In this document: piece after piece, positions 9,622 through 19,975 of the stretch
Numbering within the stretch: the stretch's first letter is position 1
How the letters are laid out: every line of letters begins with the position of its first letter
DNA from: a virus
IMG/VR virus record: IMGVR_UViG_3300044960_000113
Span: 64,001 to 128,000 of that record
Reading direction: 5' to 3' (one strand)
DNA: 64,000 bases
Notes under the pieces: model-generated
Database searches by the model: none
What the model was told of the DNA's origin: nothing
What the model saw: only the letters and a program-made list of their open reading frames with translations
Made by a program: the position numbers and the translations under genes

Positions 9622-9666
9622 TTAATGAAATCAATAACTTGTAACCCACTGAGATTTAACTCTATT
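9622..9666. repeat. 45-bp perfect direct repeat, copy 1
   Basis: ttaatgaaatcaataacttgtaacccactgagatttaactctatt, identical at 14391-14435. Confidence 0.95.
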
Positions 9667-9710
9667 TTTATCACATATTTCAAGAGTATCAGTTTTGGTC
9701 ATTTTCTAAA

Positions 9711-10742
9711 TTATATTTCTTTTAAAATTTCGTTAAGTGGTTTCATTTGAGATAGCAATTTAGGATTTGGTTTACCACCAATATATCCACCAGTATTTAT
9801 CCATGTATTAGTTTTGATAGGACCAGATTCTAAATAGTCTTTTTGTTTGATTGTTAGTAAATCGTTTCCATATTGTACGACTAATAATGCATTATCTCCC
9901 CATTTTTTGTTTGCACTTAATCGTTCACCACACCACACTAATAATTTTCCATTTACCTCTATAAATTTTTTACCTTTTATAATTGGATTAAATGGTTTAA
10001 TTATGTTAATTAAATCATCATTTGTAAAAGAGATAGTTTTTTCAACCTTAACTTTTTCAACCTTAACTTTTTCAACCTTAAGTTTTGGAAGTTTGGGCGG
10101 TTTTTCAAGAACTTCTGTAATTTCTACAGTATCTGTTATTTTTCTATTAAAGGTTTTTTCAACTACAGATTTATCACCTATTTCAGGAGTATCAGTCTTA
10201 GGCCATTCTCCAAGTTCTTTAACTGGTAATAATGGAAGATTTGATGTTGGTTGTTCAGCTCTACTAAAACTCATATCATACTCTAATGCTGAATAACAAA
10301 CATGGTTAATATGATGCAGTACTTGGTTTTTTTCTAGTCCTAGTTTATCGGCATATGGATTATAGTTGTTTAATGCTAAACCTTGTGGATGTGCTTCTGA
10401 AATTTTAAACCATTTCTCTATTTCTTCTTCACCACTCCAAAATTTTGGATTAGGCAGTCCATCTACTAGATAACCAAGTCGATGCTGAAGTACCCAATGA
10501 TTATCATCAATCAGTTCAATAGAGAATAACATATTATCAAGGATATGTTTCTCATCATGACCGGCTTGGAGTAATCTAGCTTTGATCTCAACAAGGAAAT
10601 TGCCATCACCTGCGGCAGGTTCTAGCCATGTTAGATTAGGATTGAACCAGATTTCAGGTGGAAGCTTGTCCAGCATCTCATGAATTAAAGATGCTGGAGT
10701 GAAGACTTCACCAGATTGTTTAATGCGAGATCTAGATTTCAA
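9711..10742 (-). CDS. DNA methyltransferase-like protein (SAM-binding N-terminal part) with unknown C-terminus
   Basis: GEVFTP...LEPAAGDGNFL (N6-adenine MTase motifs X and I); no clear NPPY. Confidence 0.65.
   Translation of the reverse strand: MKSRSRIKQSGEVFTPASLIHEMLDKLPPEIWFNPNLTWLEPAAGDGNFLVEIKARLLQAGHDEKHILDNMLFSIELIDDNHWVLQHRLGYLVDGLPNPKFWSGEEEIEKWFKISEAHPQGLALNNYNPYADKLGLEKNQVLHHINHVCYSALEYDMSFSRAEQPTSNLPLLPVKELGEWPKTDTPEIGDKSVVEKTFNRKITDTVEITEVLEKPPKLPKLKVEKVKVEKVKVEKTISFTNDDLINIIKPFNPIIKGKKFIEVNGKLLVWCGERLSANKKWGDNALLVVQYGNDLLTIKQKDYLESGPIKTNTWINTGGYIGGKPNPKLLSQMKPLNEILKEI
10038..10080. repeat. 15-bp tandem repeat, about 2.9 copies (KVEKV linker)
   Basis: tttttcaaccttaac repeated. 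Confidence 0.9.
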
Positions 10743-13700
10743 TCTTTTATAGTACTTTCTATTAAATCAATTTCTTCTTGTGTTAAATTAAAATATTCAT
10801 ATAATTCTTGATCTGTCCATGATTTAGAAATATCAACATATGGAATATGATAACAGAAAAAATCTGTAGCAAAACCCCCTGATCTATTATTAACATTTAA
10901 AAATTTAATTAATTTAGAATTTAAATAATTTATTAAATTATTTCCCTCTTTTTCATTTTTAACTTCTATAGCATGAGAATGCCAACATGTTCCGCGTGTT
11001 CCTTCATCATAAATGGGATTAAATTCACCACAATTTGAAAATAATACTTTAGTTAAAGTTAAATCTTTAGGTTCTTTTTCAGCCCATGATAATTGTTGGG
11101 CATTAGTGTTAAATATTGGATATTTAAATTTGTCATTTTTTATTTTTGATGCATAATAAATTTTACTTTGAGAAATTTTAAAATATTTTTTATTTTCTAA
11201 TGTTTTATTTTGAATACTAAAATATTCATCTTTAATAATATTATTGTATATAGATGGAATATTTTTATTAATGTTAACATGTCTTTTAGTATTATTAATA
11301 ATAAATTCAGTATTTTTATAATTATTATTATTTTCTAACAACCACCAACATATATCAACGCCAACATTAAAAATATCTTTAGATAAAATATTAACTGATT
11401 TAAGATTTTTTGTTAAAAATAATTTTTTTGTTTTTTCACATTTTATCCATGTTGTTGGTGTTACTAAACATAAAGTTCCATCTTGTTTAAGATATGGAAG
11501 AAGTTTGTGAATAAATTTTTTCCATAAAGAATGTGTTTTATTTCCACCACTTTGATTGCCTTGATATGGAGGATTCCCAATAATAATATCAAATTTCATA
11601 TCTTTCAAATTGTCCCATTTAATAACATTAAACCCAAGTCTTTCGAGGTGGTCAATAAAAAAATTAAAATATTCTAAACATACAATTTCCGCATTAGGAA
11701 ATTCCCGTTTTAACACTATTGGTAATGCACCATTTAATGCATTTACTACACCAATGTTAATTTTACCTTTTGTATATTTATTCTTCGGAATTGCTTTAAC
11801 AATGTCTTCAGCTAAATCAAAACTCATATATACTAAACCTAATTTTTGTTTGTTTGTCGTGTTTTCAAAAATTTCTTCATATAAAATTTTTAATGATGAT
11901 AAACTTGGTTCTAATTTACCATCTTCAGGTTGTAATAGATAAGAATACGCTTCTTTTCGAACGTTTAAATATTCTGTCAGTATCGATTCAAATTTTTTAT
12001 TTTTCTTAATTTCTGTTATAACAACGTCCATAACCTCTTCTGAAAACATTTCTTTAATAGCGTTATTACTTAAAACTTTAATGACATCAAAATTATTAGT
12101 AGTAAATGATACCCATTGAGCTTCTTTCATAATCGCTTGAATAAGCTCTTCAATTTGTTCAATTCTATTAGTTTCTTGTTTATTATTTTTATTTTTTAAT
12201 AAATTGGCTAGATATATGTTTTTTACTTTCGATCCGTTTTTATTAGTTAAAGATATATTTTTAAACTTAGTTTTAAATTTAAAATTATTAATATCAATAT
12301 TTTTCCATGTATTTTTTAAATCGAATTTTGAAATGCATTCATATAGGTTATTAGATGATAATTTATTTTTTATTGAAGATTTATAATAATCTTGAACTGA
12401 AGATAATATTTCTTCAGTTGTATATGTTTTATTATTGCCATTAATATCATATTCCGTAAGTGGAATACAATCTAACATTCCGACTGTAGAACAAGATTTA
12501 TCTAATTCTGATGTTTTTTTGGACATCAGTCCCATAACAATCATAAGATCGTTGCCAGGCACCAATGAATAAAGTTTTACTTCATCTTTTCCTGGATATA
12601 GACGAATCAGTCTACCCAAAAGTTGTTCAAATCCACTAATGTCGGAAATTTTATCCATTAGCACGATATGTCCTAATGGAGGAATATCAGTTCCTACTAT
12701 AAATTTCCCGCATGTCAAGATAATAACTTGTTTATACTCTTTTAAAAGAGTTTCAACATATTCATTGATTGTTATGTTTCGTTTTTTAGCATTTTTTTCT
12801 ATTGCGTAACTATCAATAAAATGTACGCCTTTTACGTTTTCATTTAATAATTTAGCTAAAGCTGGTATATATTCACCAGCACTATCACCATTTTGACCTT
12901 GTGGTAAAACCCACATGCCACACTTTTTAGAAACTGTACTTAGTTGTGGATCATTGATAATGCTTAATGGGTTTTTCTTTTTACTCAAAGAACTTGTATA
13001 AAGTCTATTTGGAAGTTCTATTATTTCATATTGTAAAACAAAATTTAAGTTTTCTCTCGCAAATAATTTTCTAGGATCAAATCCTTCTTCTGAAGAATAA
13101 ATACTGGCGATTCTATCACTTATTGAACTAAATGGTGTATTAAATACTTCTATCCTAATTTTTGGGAGTTTAGTGTGTTCGCGATATTTTAAACCCCAAA
13201 GAAGAGATCTTGACACAATTTCATCATTATTATAATAATGATAAACTTTATATGGTGTGGCCGTTAAATCGAGTATTTTTTTTGGTTTTATTTCACTAAG
13301 TACCTTTTTAGTAAAAGGCGCTTCATATTGAGAATGCCTTTCATCTATAATCCATAGATCAATATTATTAACGAGAAATTTATATTTGCTTCGTAGTGTA
13401 ATTATTTCATTTTGAATTTCAGAATTTTCTGAATATCTAACATCTTGAACAGTTAAGACAATAAAAATTAATTCTCCTGCTAGTTTTCTTTTAATAAGCT
13501 CTTTTACATTATATTTTTTAAATTCTTTTGAGTCAATATATGTTATTTTGCGGTTTCGATTATAACCAAAGTGGTAATTTTCGATATTTTCTTCAAAACT
13601 TTTTTTAGTATCAGAAATAGGAGTAGTAACTAATACAAAACCACCTTCTTTGATGTGACGTGCTGCCACTTCTATAGCAATCATTGTTTTTCCTCTGCCA

Positions 13701-14260
13701 GTATACGCAGAAAATAAACAGCGATGTTTATTATTTAGGTACACATTAAGAATATCTGATATATCTTTTTCCTGCATCCATCGCCACTGTGGATTAATTT
13801 TAGTACAATAGTCTTTAGTTAAACCTAACATATGTTTAAAAATATTAATGAGATCGGGTAAATCTCTATCCTTATTAAATTTTAAAAGTGCTTCACCGTT
13901 AGTATTTTCTTCCTGATATTTCGTATAGTTTGCACTAAAAGAAATTAAACCTTTTTTATGTCTTTTATTAATTTCTTTTCGAAGATCATTATCATAATTT
14001 TTCTTTTTATCAGAAACATCAAAAACAATTATAGCATTAGCTACTAAATCTTCACTTAATGAAGATTTACTACCTTTATATCTCAACTCAAATGCTTTAC
14101 TGGGAGTAACTCCAGAATAAGATTCGGCAGTAAATTCGCCAAGTTTATTATTACTAGTAATATATATACAACCTTGCCCAGGAACAAGGCAACCATTATT
14201 TAATGGGGTTTTTGATAAATGAAATATTTCAGCTTTAGAACCATCAATTTTTACACTCAT
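10739..14260 (-). CDS. SF2 helicase-like / N6-adenine DNA methyltransferase fusion (restriction-modification-like)
   Basis: AYTGRGKT, IIDERH, LTATP, QLLGRLIR; C-terminal FDIIIGNPPY and Eco57I-like tail ELYEYFNLTQEEIDLIE. Confidence 0.8.
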   Translation of the reverse strand: MSVKIDGSKAEIFHLSKTPLNNGCLVPGQGCIYITSNNKLGEFTAESYSGVTPSKAFELRYKGSKSSLSEDLVANAIIVFDVSDKKKNYDNDLRKEINKRHKKGLISFSANYTKYQEENTNGEALLKFNKDRDLPDLINIFKHMLGLTKDYCTKINPQWRWMQEKDISDILNVYLNNKHRCLFSAYTGRGKTMIAIEVAARHIKEGGFVLVTTPISDTKKSFEENIENYHFGYNRNRKITYIDSKEFKKYNVKELIKRKLAGELIFIVLTVQDVRYSENSEIQNEIITLRSKYKFLVNNIDLWIIDERHSQYEAPFTKKVLSEIKPKKILDLTATPYKVYHYYNNDEIVSRSLLWGLKYREHTKLPKIRIEVFNTPFSSISDRIASIYSSEEGFDPRKLFARENLNFVLQYEIIELPNRLYTSSLSKKKNPLSIINDPQLSTVSKKCGMWVLPQGQNGDSAGEYIPALAKLLNENVKGVHFIDSYAIEKNAKKRNITINEYVETLLKEYKQVIILTCGKFIVGTDIPPLGHIVLMDKISDISGFEQLLGRLIRLYPGKDEVKLYSLVPGNDLMIVMGLMSKKTSELDKSCSTVGMLDCIPLTEYDINGNNKTYTTEEILSSVQDYYKSSIKNKLSSNNLYECISKFDLKNTWKNIDINNFKFKTKFKNISLTNKNGSKVKNIYLANLLKNKNNKQETNRIEQIEELIQAIMKEAQWVSFTTNNFDVIKVLSNNAIKEMFSEEVMDVVITEIKKNKKFESILTEYLNVRKEAYSYLLQPEDGKLEPSLSSLKILYEEIFENTTNKQKLGLVYMSFDLAEDIVKAIPKNKYTKGKINIGVVNALNGALPIVLKREFPNAEIVCLEYFNFFIDHLERLGFNVIKWDNLKDMKFDIIIGNPPYQGNQSGGNKTHSLWKKFIHKLLPYLKQDGTLCLVTPTTWIKCEKTKKLFLTKNLKSVNILSKDIFNVGVDICWWLLENNNNYKNTEFIINNTKRHVNINKNIPSIYNNIIKDEYFSIQNKTLENKKYFKISQSKIYYASKIKNDKFKYPIFNTNAQQLSWAEKEPKDLTLTKVLFSNCGEFNPIYDEGTRGTCWHSHAIEVKNEKEGNNLINYLNSKLIKFLNVNNRSGGFATDFFCYHIPYVDISKSWTDQELYEYFNLTQEEIDLIESTIKD

Positions 14261-14293
14261 TTTCTACTTCTCCATAATTAATTATTAAATGAT

Positions 14294-14322
14294 ATTATAC
14301 TATACTTTTATTAAAATGTATA
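14294..14322 (-). promoter_or_regulatory. Early promoter of the MTase/helicase cassette
   Basis: TATACA-N17-TATAAT. Confidence 0.65.
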
Positions 14323-14390
14323 TATTTTTCTAATAGATGATTAAATTATTGATTTATATAGATATTATCTAAGTTATTGATTTATATAGA

Positions 14391-14435
14391 TTAATGAAAT
14401 CAATAACTTGTAACCCACTGAGATTTAACTCTATT
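14391..14435. repeat. 45-bp perfect direct repeat, copy 2
   Basis: Identical to 9622-9666. Confidence 0.95.
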
Positions 14436-14981
14436 ATTTAATAGGTTCTCAAATGTTTTGTCGTTAATCTCATAATTAAACACTTTAAGAACTTGTAAAA
14501 AATTTCTATAATTAAATCCATCATAAGAGTCGACCTGTACAATTCTATCAATGTCTGCCTAGCTGAAGAAATTAGTGTTATTTAAACTATCATCAATTGC
14601 GACCCATTCAGTCATTTCTAGATGGTCATCTAACCACAATTTAATTTCATGATATCGTTGTGATGAAAAATTTACAGGTGTTGTTCAATCTTCATGGATG
14701 TTATATTTTCCGATATTTAATCCATTTAACTTAAAAAAATTAATCATCTCATCTATATTATAATGTTTCGCCTATGATGTCGACAATACGAATTTAGGTT
14801 TAATTTTTTCTATAATATAATTAAACATAGCCACAGCACAAGGGTCAAAAAATTTATAATGACCTTGATGCATTGGATCAGATTTACATCTTAAAGCTGA
14901 TCTATTCCCAGGTAAAAATTTAGCCCTACCTGAAATAAGTGGACCATCAATATCTAAAAAGATTATTTTAGTACTTTCCAT
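14400..14981 (-). pseudogene. HAD-superfamily phosphatase (Swiss-Army-knife RNA-repair type) interrupted by three in-frame stops
   Basis: IFLDIDG...VLSTS*AKH...HED*TTP...EIKLWLDDH...WVAIDD...FFS*ADID; stops TAG 14772-74, TGA 14685-87, TAG 14559-61; no frameshift. Confidence 0.8.
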
Positions 14982-15303
14982 TTTTTAATATTTCTAATGC
15001 TTTAGAACATATTAAGTCATGTCCATATTTTTTATTATGAAAATAAGATAATGGTATTATTATGGATCTTTCAAATGATATAAATTTTCTAACAGATAGG
15101 TATAAAATTAATTTATTAAATTTTTTATCATATTTTTTACTTAAAGTGTAAATTTTACCATGATAATTTTTATTATCATCATATTTAATTTCATCAATAA
15201 CACCATATTTCATTCCAATCCATGAGCGTCTTCTAACAGGATATAATAAAATATGTCCTGGATGAATAAAATTTCCAAACATATCACGTGGCGTATTTGT
15301 CAT
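14968..15303 (-). CDS. Hypothetical protein
   Basis: Packed ORF. Confidence 0.55.
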   Translation of the reverse strand: MTNTPRDMFGNFIHPGHILLYPVRRRSWIGMKYGVIDEIKYDDNKNYHGKIYTLSKKYDKKFNKLILYLSVRKFISFERSIIIPLSYFHNKKYGHDLICSKALEILKNGKY

Positions 15304-15304
15304 T

Positions 15305-15556
15305 TTATAATTCCTTCAATGAAATTATATTTGATATTTTAAATGAACGCCATTCTTTTTTGTCTAAATCGTATACTGATAAAATCTCTAAATTTTCTTT
15401 CTTTTTTCTTTTATTTTCTTCATTAGAGTTATTTTTTGGTAATAAATCTGGTTTAAGAGTACAACGCATTTTTCGAATATCACCATTAATTTTTTTAAAT
15501 TCTATTTCACATTCTTTTTCTAACAATGTTTGTTTGACTATACATCTAGTGTACAT
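15305..15556 (-). CDS. Small SH3/WYL-like phage protein (DUF2693-like)
   Basis: FKKINGDIRKMRCTL...VYDLDKKEWRSFK. Confidence 0.7.
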   Translation of the reverse strand: MYTRCIVKQTLLEKECEIEFKKINGDIRKMRCTLKPDLLPKNNSNEENKRKKKENLEILSVYDLDKKEWRSFKISNIISLKEL

Positions 15557-15560
15557 AATT

Positions 15561-16169
15561 TTATCCTTTCATTTTAAAAATAGAATTTTTTATCATAGAC
15601 ATTGCCATATCTATATCTGTTCCAGGAACAATCAGATCATATTCATGTTCTTGGATCCATTTTATTTCTTCAGTAAATACAGATTTTAATCGATTAATTA
15701 TTTGACAAAAAACTTTATTTTTATCATCATTTTTATTTAATTCAGATATAAACCTTTCAATCAATCTGTTCATACGTATACTTTTTGGTGTATATACAAA
15801 AATTTTTAACATTTTTAATTCATTATTTTTACAATATTGTTTATATAAAGTAACTCCATTAGGTTCAACAATTATTGCACCAGGTTTATCATAACTAACT
15901 TTATTCAAAATCTCATCATTTGTTGTTCCATAATATGTTCCATTATAATTAACAACTTCAACAAAATTGTTATTATTCATTTGTGACTTAAATTGTTCTG
16001 TTGTTAAAAAGTAATAGTCTTTGCCTTCAATTTCACCAACTCTAGGTTGTCTAGTTGTATATGAAATTATTTTATTGACAACACCAAATTTTACTAATGA
16101 ATCTAGTAAATATGATTTACCAGCAGCTGACTCACCAGTTATTGTTATAAAAATCAAATTATTTTTCAT
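15561..16169 (-). CDS. gmk: Guanylate kinase-like
   Basis: GESAAGKS, SYTTRQPRVGEIEGKDYYF, YNGTYYGT. Confidence 0.85.
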   Translation of the reverse strand: MKNNLIFITITGESAAGKSYLLDSLVKFGVVNKIISYTTRQPRVGEIEGKDYYFLTTEQFKSQMNNNNFVEVVNYNGTYYGTTNDEILNKVSYDKPGAIIVEPNGVTLYKQYCKNNELKMLKIFVYTPKSIRMNRLIERFISELNKNDDKNKVFCQIINRLKSVFTEEIKWIQEHEYDLIVPGTDIDMAMSMIKNSIFKMKG

Positions 16170-16941
16170 TTATTATTTCCTCAATAATTTTAATTTCTTC
16201 TTGTGTGTTATAACTTAATTGTGGATAATCTGTTACTATTGCACGTGCTGGAAAACCTATATTATAAAAATAATGAATAATATATAAAAATGTCATCTCT
16301 CCAGAATCTGTTATATATCGTCCATTTTTATAATATGCTGCATTTAATACATCTAATGAATTTTCTAAACATGTTTTACAACATAGAAATATACATTGGT
16401 CATGAAAACCACTCAAATGTTTTTCACCACGTTTAGAAAAATCAACACTTATACAATTCATATCATTATCAGTTAAAAATGTTACATATGGATTATCTTC
16501 TTTAACAACTGGCACTAACATAGGTTTAATATCATAAAGTTTATCAAATGAAATACATTCTTCAAAAATATAATTATTTGAAATATATGCATCACCCCAC
16601 AATATAAAAAATTTTTCAGTTAATTCTTCTTTTAAATTTTTAATTTCTTTTATTGCTTCCATCACTGCATGTCCATCACCTTTTCCAGAATCAATAGCAA
16701 TTACACGTATTTCACTATTATATTTTGGATTACAACCAATATAATTTCCAACAAATAAATCGAATTTATCAACGTTTTTCTTATTTGAAACAACATAAAT
16801 ACGTCTAAAAATACCATTAATTTTATTTAATGTATTTTCTAAATTTGGAGTTCCATTTATATTAATAAGTGCTTTAGGTATGGAAATATTACCCATTCTG
16901 GTTCCATTGCCTGCAGCAATTATAAGTAAATCATAATCCAT
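16159..16941 (-). CDS. Sugar-phosphate nucleotidyltransferase (NTP_transferase family)
   Basis: IIAAGNGTRMG...PKALI, GDGHAV, LWGD. Confidence 0.85.
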   Translation of the reverse strand: MDYDLLIIAAGNGTRMGNISIPKALININGTPNLENTLNKINGIFRRIYVVSNKKNVDKFDLFVGNYIGCNPKYNSEIRVIAIDSGKGDGHAVMEAIKEIKNLKEELTEKFFILWGDAYISNNYIFEECISFDKLYDIKPMLVPVVKEDNPYVTFLTDNDMNCISVDFSKRGEKHLSGFHDQCIFLCCKTCLENSLDVLNAAYYKNGRYITDSGEMTFLYIIHYFYNIGFPARAIVTDYPQLSYNTQEEIKIIEEIINEK

Positions 16942-16942
16942 A

Positions 16943-18826
16943 TTAATTATTTTTATCTAATGTTAATAATAAAGTTTTTAGAAAAATTAGTGTTTCTCGT
17001 GGATTTTTTACTTGTAAAAAATCAACATTTTTACTATGTGCTATAGCATAATCATTTCCGCCAGACATACCTTCATCACCCACATAAACAATTTTTGTAT
17101 TATCATCCATATCTTTAATAATATCATTTAATGCTTTTAATTTAGCATCACTACCTTTAGAAATATCTATAGTTGTTCTACCTGTTGGTCTTACATAATA
17201 ATTTGAACCAAGTTTCATCTGAAGTAATATAGAAAGTGGCTTTCTATATTCATTTTCTATAGGTTTAATTGATATTGTTGCATTATTTCTATTTTGAATT
17301 TTATTAATTTCAAATCCTAATTCTTCTAATATTGTCAAAATATCATTAATTTCTTTTTCTGAAAATGTTGATGGTGTGTGTACACAATTAATATATTTTT
17401 TATTAACTTCATCATATTTTATTGGGATATACTCTAGTAAATATTTGTTTATTCCACCATCAGCATATAATGTAATATTGTTAAATAACACACTATAATT
17501 TTGACTTAATACTTTATTAAAAAATTGTGATGATATAATAGATTTATCAATTGTGTTTGAAGATATTTTTTTAAAAGTTAAATTTATAGATTTTTCAGAA
17601 TTTCCCGTTATAATGTTTATATTTTTATTAAATTTTGTCAATGTCCATAATAATAATTTATTTGTTTGTGATTCTATATAATATTCATTATTCCGTCCTA
17701 CTAATGTATCATCGTAATCAAATGCATATGTATGTGAATTTAAATATTTTTTATAATATGAATGCATAATTGCCCATGCTAAACTTTCTGGGTGATGTTT
17801 TTTATCGTTTTTATTTTCAGATAATGTATATACAGAATAATTAATAGATGATTTATCATCTTTTGATATATTATTGACTGACATTTCATCTGATGCATTT
17901 TTATTGAAAATAAAATGGACATTTTTAATATTAATATATTCTGAAATGATTTTTATCATTTCATATGAATTAACACCACTCATATCTTTATCTTGTATAT
18001 TATTAATAATGCAAAATATTTTATTTGATTTGAATGCATTTGATGATTCAAATGTTTTTTCAAAATCTACACTAATATATGTTGGAATTAATGAAGACCA
18101 TTGTGTTCCAGACGATAGAACAATAATGTCAGCATTCTGAATTGCATTTTTTGCACGTTGAGTTAAATGAGGTAATCTTATAATACCACCAGTATCAACA
18201 AGTCTAATATGATCTATTTTATCTTTTGGATTGTTCCAATTTACTATATCACCTTCATCTAATATGATATGACCGGATTTTGTAATTGCTTGAAGAAATA
18301 AACTTTCATCAGAACTTGGAATTACAGCATCTTCTTCAATTTTCAATAATTTTGCCATTTCTATTCCAGCTGCTTCCATAGAATAATTGTGTTTGGCAGC
18401 CAATCCAGCATAAATTATATTAGATATTGAAAAATCTGAATATGTTATTTGACGTGATTTTGGATATAAAAAATATGTTTTAATTGCGTCAAAAGCAACA
18501 TCTTTGAATTCATCATTATTTTCTAATTTATTTAATTCATGAATACAGTATTGTTCTGCATCTTCAGCTGAACAATCAAATCTAATATCCATGAATTTAT
18601 AGAGTTGCGTTTCACCATATAATAATTTATGACGTAATGTTTGATTTTTACGTAAATCAGATGGGCCTAAAATTTTACCATCCATAACTTGTCTAACTGC
18701 ACCTGTTGATTTACCATTATCATATAAGTTTGTAATTACATTAATTTCTAAATTATTAAATAAATTATTTAAACCTGTTTGAAGTGCTATAGAACCTGTT
18801 CCACCAGAAAAAATAACTAATTTCAT
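16943..18826 (-). CDS. YvcK/CofD (UPF0052)-like domain fused to a HAD IIB phosphomannomutase-like domain
   Basis: N-terminal FSGGTG...YDNGKSTG...GPSDLR...ADIIVLSSGTQWSSLIP; C-terminal FDYDDTL and VGDEGMSGGNDY. Confidence 0.75.
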   Translation of the reverse strand: MKLVIFSGGTGSIALQTGLNNLFNNLEINVITNLYDNGKSTGAVRQVMDGKILGPSDLRKNQTLRHKLLYGETQLYKFMDIRFDCSAEDAEQYCIHELNKLENNDEFKDVAFDAIKTYFLYPKSRQITYSDFSISNIIYAGLAAKHNYSMEAAGIEMAKLLKIEEDAVIPSSDESLFLQAITKSGHIILDEGDIVNWNNPKDKIDHIRLVDTGGIIRLPHLTQRAKNAIQNADIIVLSSGTQWSSLIPTYISVDFEKTFESSNAFKSNKIFCIINNIQDKDMSGVNSYEMIKIISEYINIKNVHFIFNKNASDEMSVNNISKDDKSSINYSVYTLSENKNDKKHHPESLAWAIMHSYYKKYLNSHTYAFDYDDTLVGRNNEYYIESQTNKLLLWTLTKFNKNINIITGNSEKSINLTFKKISSNTIDKSIISSQFFNKVLSQNYSVLFNNITLYADGGINKYLLEYIPIKYDEVNKKYINCVHTPSTFSEKEINDILTILEELGFEINKIQNRNNATISIKPIENEYRKPLSILLQMKLGSNYYVRPTGRTTIDISKGSDAKLKALNDIIKDMDDNTKIVYVGDEGMSGGNDYAIAHSKNVDFLQVKNPRETLIFLKTLLLTLDKNN

Positions 18827-18841
18827 ATAATTAATTCCTTT

Positions 18842-19975
18842 TTATATATTTTTAATTAATAAATTGATAAAATCAGTACAATATTTTTTAGCATCAAAAT
18901 TAATTGCTTTAAATTGCGCATCAATAATATCTTTCCTTGCACTATTATCATTTATAAGAAGTCTTAATTTATTTTCAGCATCTTCTCTAGAGCTCACATA
19001 TAAAAAATCTATTAAATCTTTATCGTTTTTATAAAATCTTTTTTCTTTATCTAGATCTGAATCGATAAATGTTATACATTGTGCAACTACTGATTCAGAT
19101 GCTCTTTGTGCCATATCAGATATTTCTTCATACCATGGATCTCCTATAACAATATGAGACATAGCACTATTCATCTTTTCTAACATTTTATCATATTTGA
19201 CGACACCTGTAAAATTTGGTGTTCTTAAATTACTTATCAAATTAGGATTAAAATCTTTAAGTTCTATTTTTCCAAACATTTCTACAATAATATCTTCAGG
19301 CCATCCAAAATAATATTTTATCATTTTTTTAATTCTTTTACCACCTCTCATTGTTCCACCATATGAAAGATGAACTGTTGGTGCTTCATTAAATGGTTTT
19401 GGTGTATTTAAAAATGGAAATAATTCAAATGGATAATGTTTTATTCCGCGAATATTAGAAACTTCATATTTACCAAATGAATTTTTAACCTTTTCTGTAT
19501 TAAATGGTTGACAAATATAAAAAATATCATCACGCGTTATTTCTATATCTTTTTTATTATATTTTTTACCCCATTCTTTTTTTTCTACAGAATGCCAAAT
19601 TTGTTTTAATGTTAATTCTGGATCACATAAAATATAAAATATTGGACCTTTAAAATTGTTTATTATATGATAATTTGCTATTTGATATTCATCTTCAGTA
19701 CCACCAAAAAAATTAACATTCCCGTTTAATATACACAATGCATCTAATGATAAATTATTAATTTTATCTTTAAATTCTAAAGTATCAACAATTAAAACGT
19801 TTTCAATCGGTTTTTCTGGCTCATTTTTAATGCGTTTAGATAATGCAATAACTTGAGCACCGCCATTGATCATCATTTTTATTAATGATATAGTTTCTCC
19901 AGTACCACCACTTGTTCCTTGATTATCAAAAGAAATACGTGCACCTAATTTAATTACACCTAATTTTATTGACAT
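18842..19975 (-). CDS. DNA beta-glucosyltransferase-like glycosyltransferase (T4 BGT family)
   Basis: Collinear similarity to T4 BGT as recalled: NGNVNFFGG, YILCD, YPFE, YGGTMRGGKRIKKM, FTG, IVIGD, FID. Confidence 0.8.
   Translation of the reverse strand: MSIKLGVIKLGARISFDNQGTSGGTGETISLIKMMINGGAQVIALSKRIKNEPEKPIENVLIVDTLEFKDKINNLSLDALCILNGNVNFFGGTEDEYQIANYHIINNFKGPIFYILCDPELTLKQIWHSVEKKEWGKKYNKKDIEITRDDIFYICQPFNTEKVKNSFGKYEVSNIRGIKHYPFELFPFLNTPKPFNEAPTVHLSYGGTMRGGKRIKKMIKYYFGWPEDIIVEMFGKIELKDFNPNLISNLRTPNFTGVVKYDKMLEKMNSAMSHIVIGDPWYEEISDMAQRASESVVAQCITFIDSDLDKEKRFYKNDKDLIDFLYVSSREDAENKLRLLINDNSARKDIIDAQFKAINFDAKKYCTDFINLLIKNI

Larger units (their letters stand above)
4971..14410. promoter_or_regulatory. 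Cluster of IHF-consensus sites (WATCAANNNNTTR) in intergenic DNA
   Basis: Exact matches at 4971, 4995, 5045, 5614, 5755, 5789, 6889, 7029, 8458, 9629, 14342, 14370, 14398; near matches at 5643 and 6918. Confidence 0.7.
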
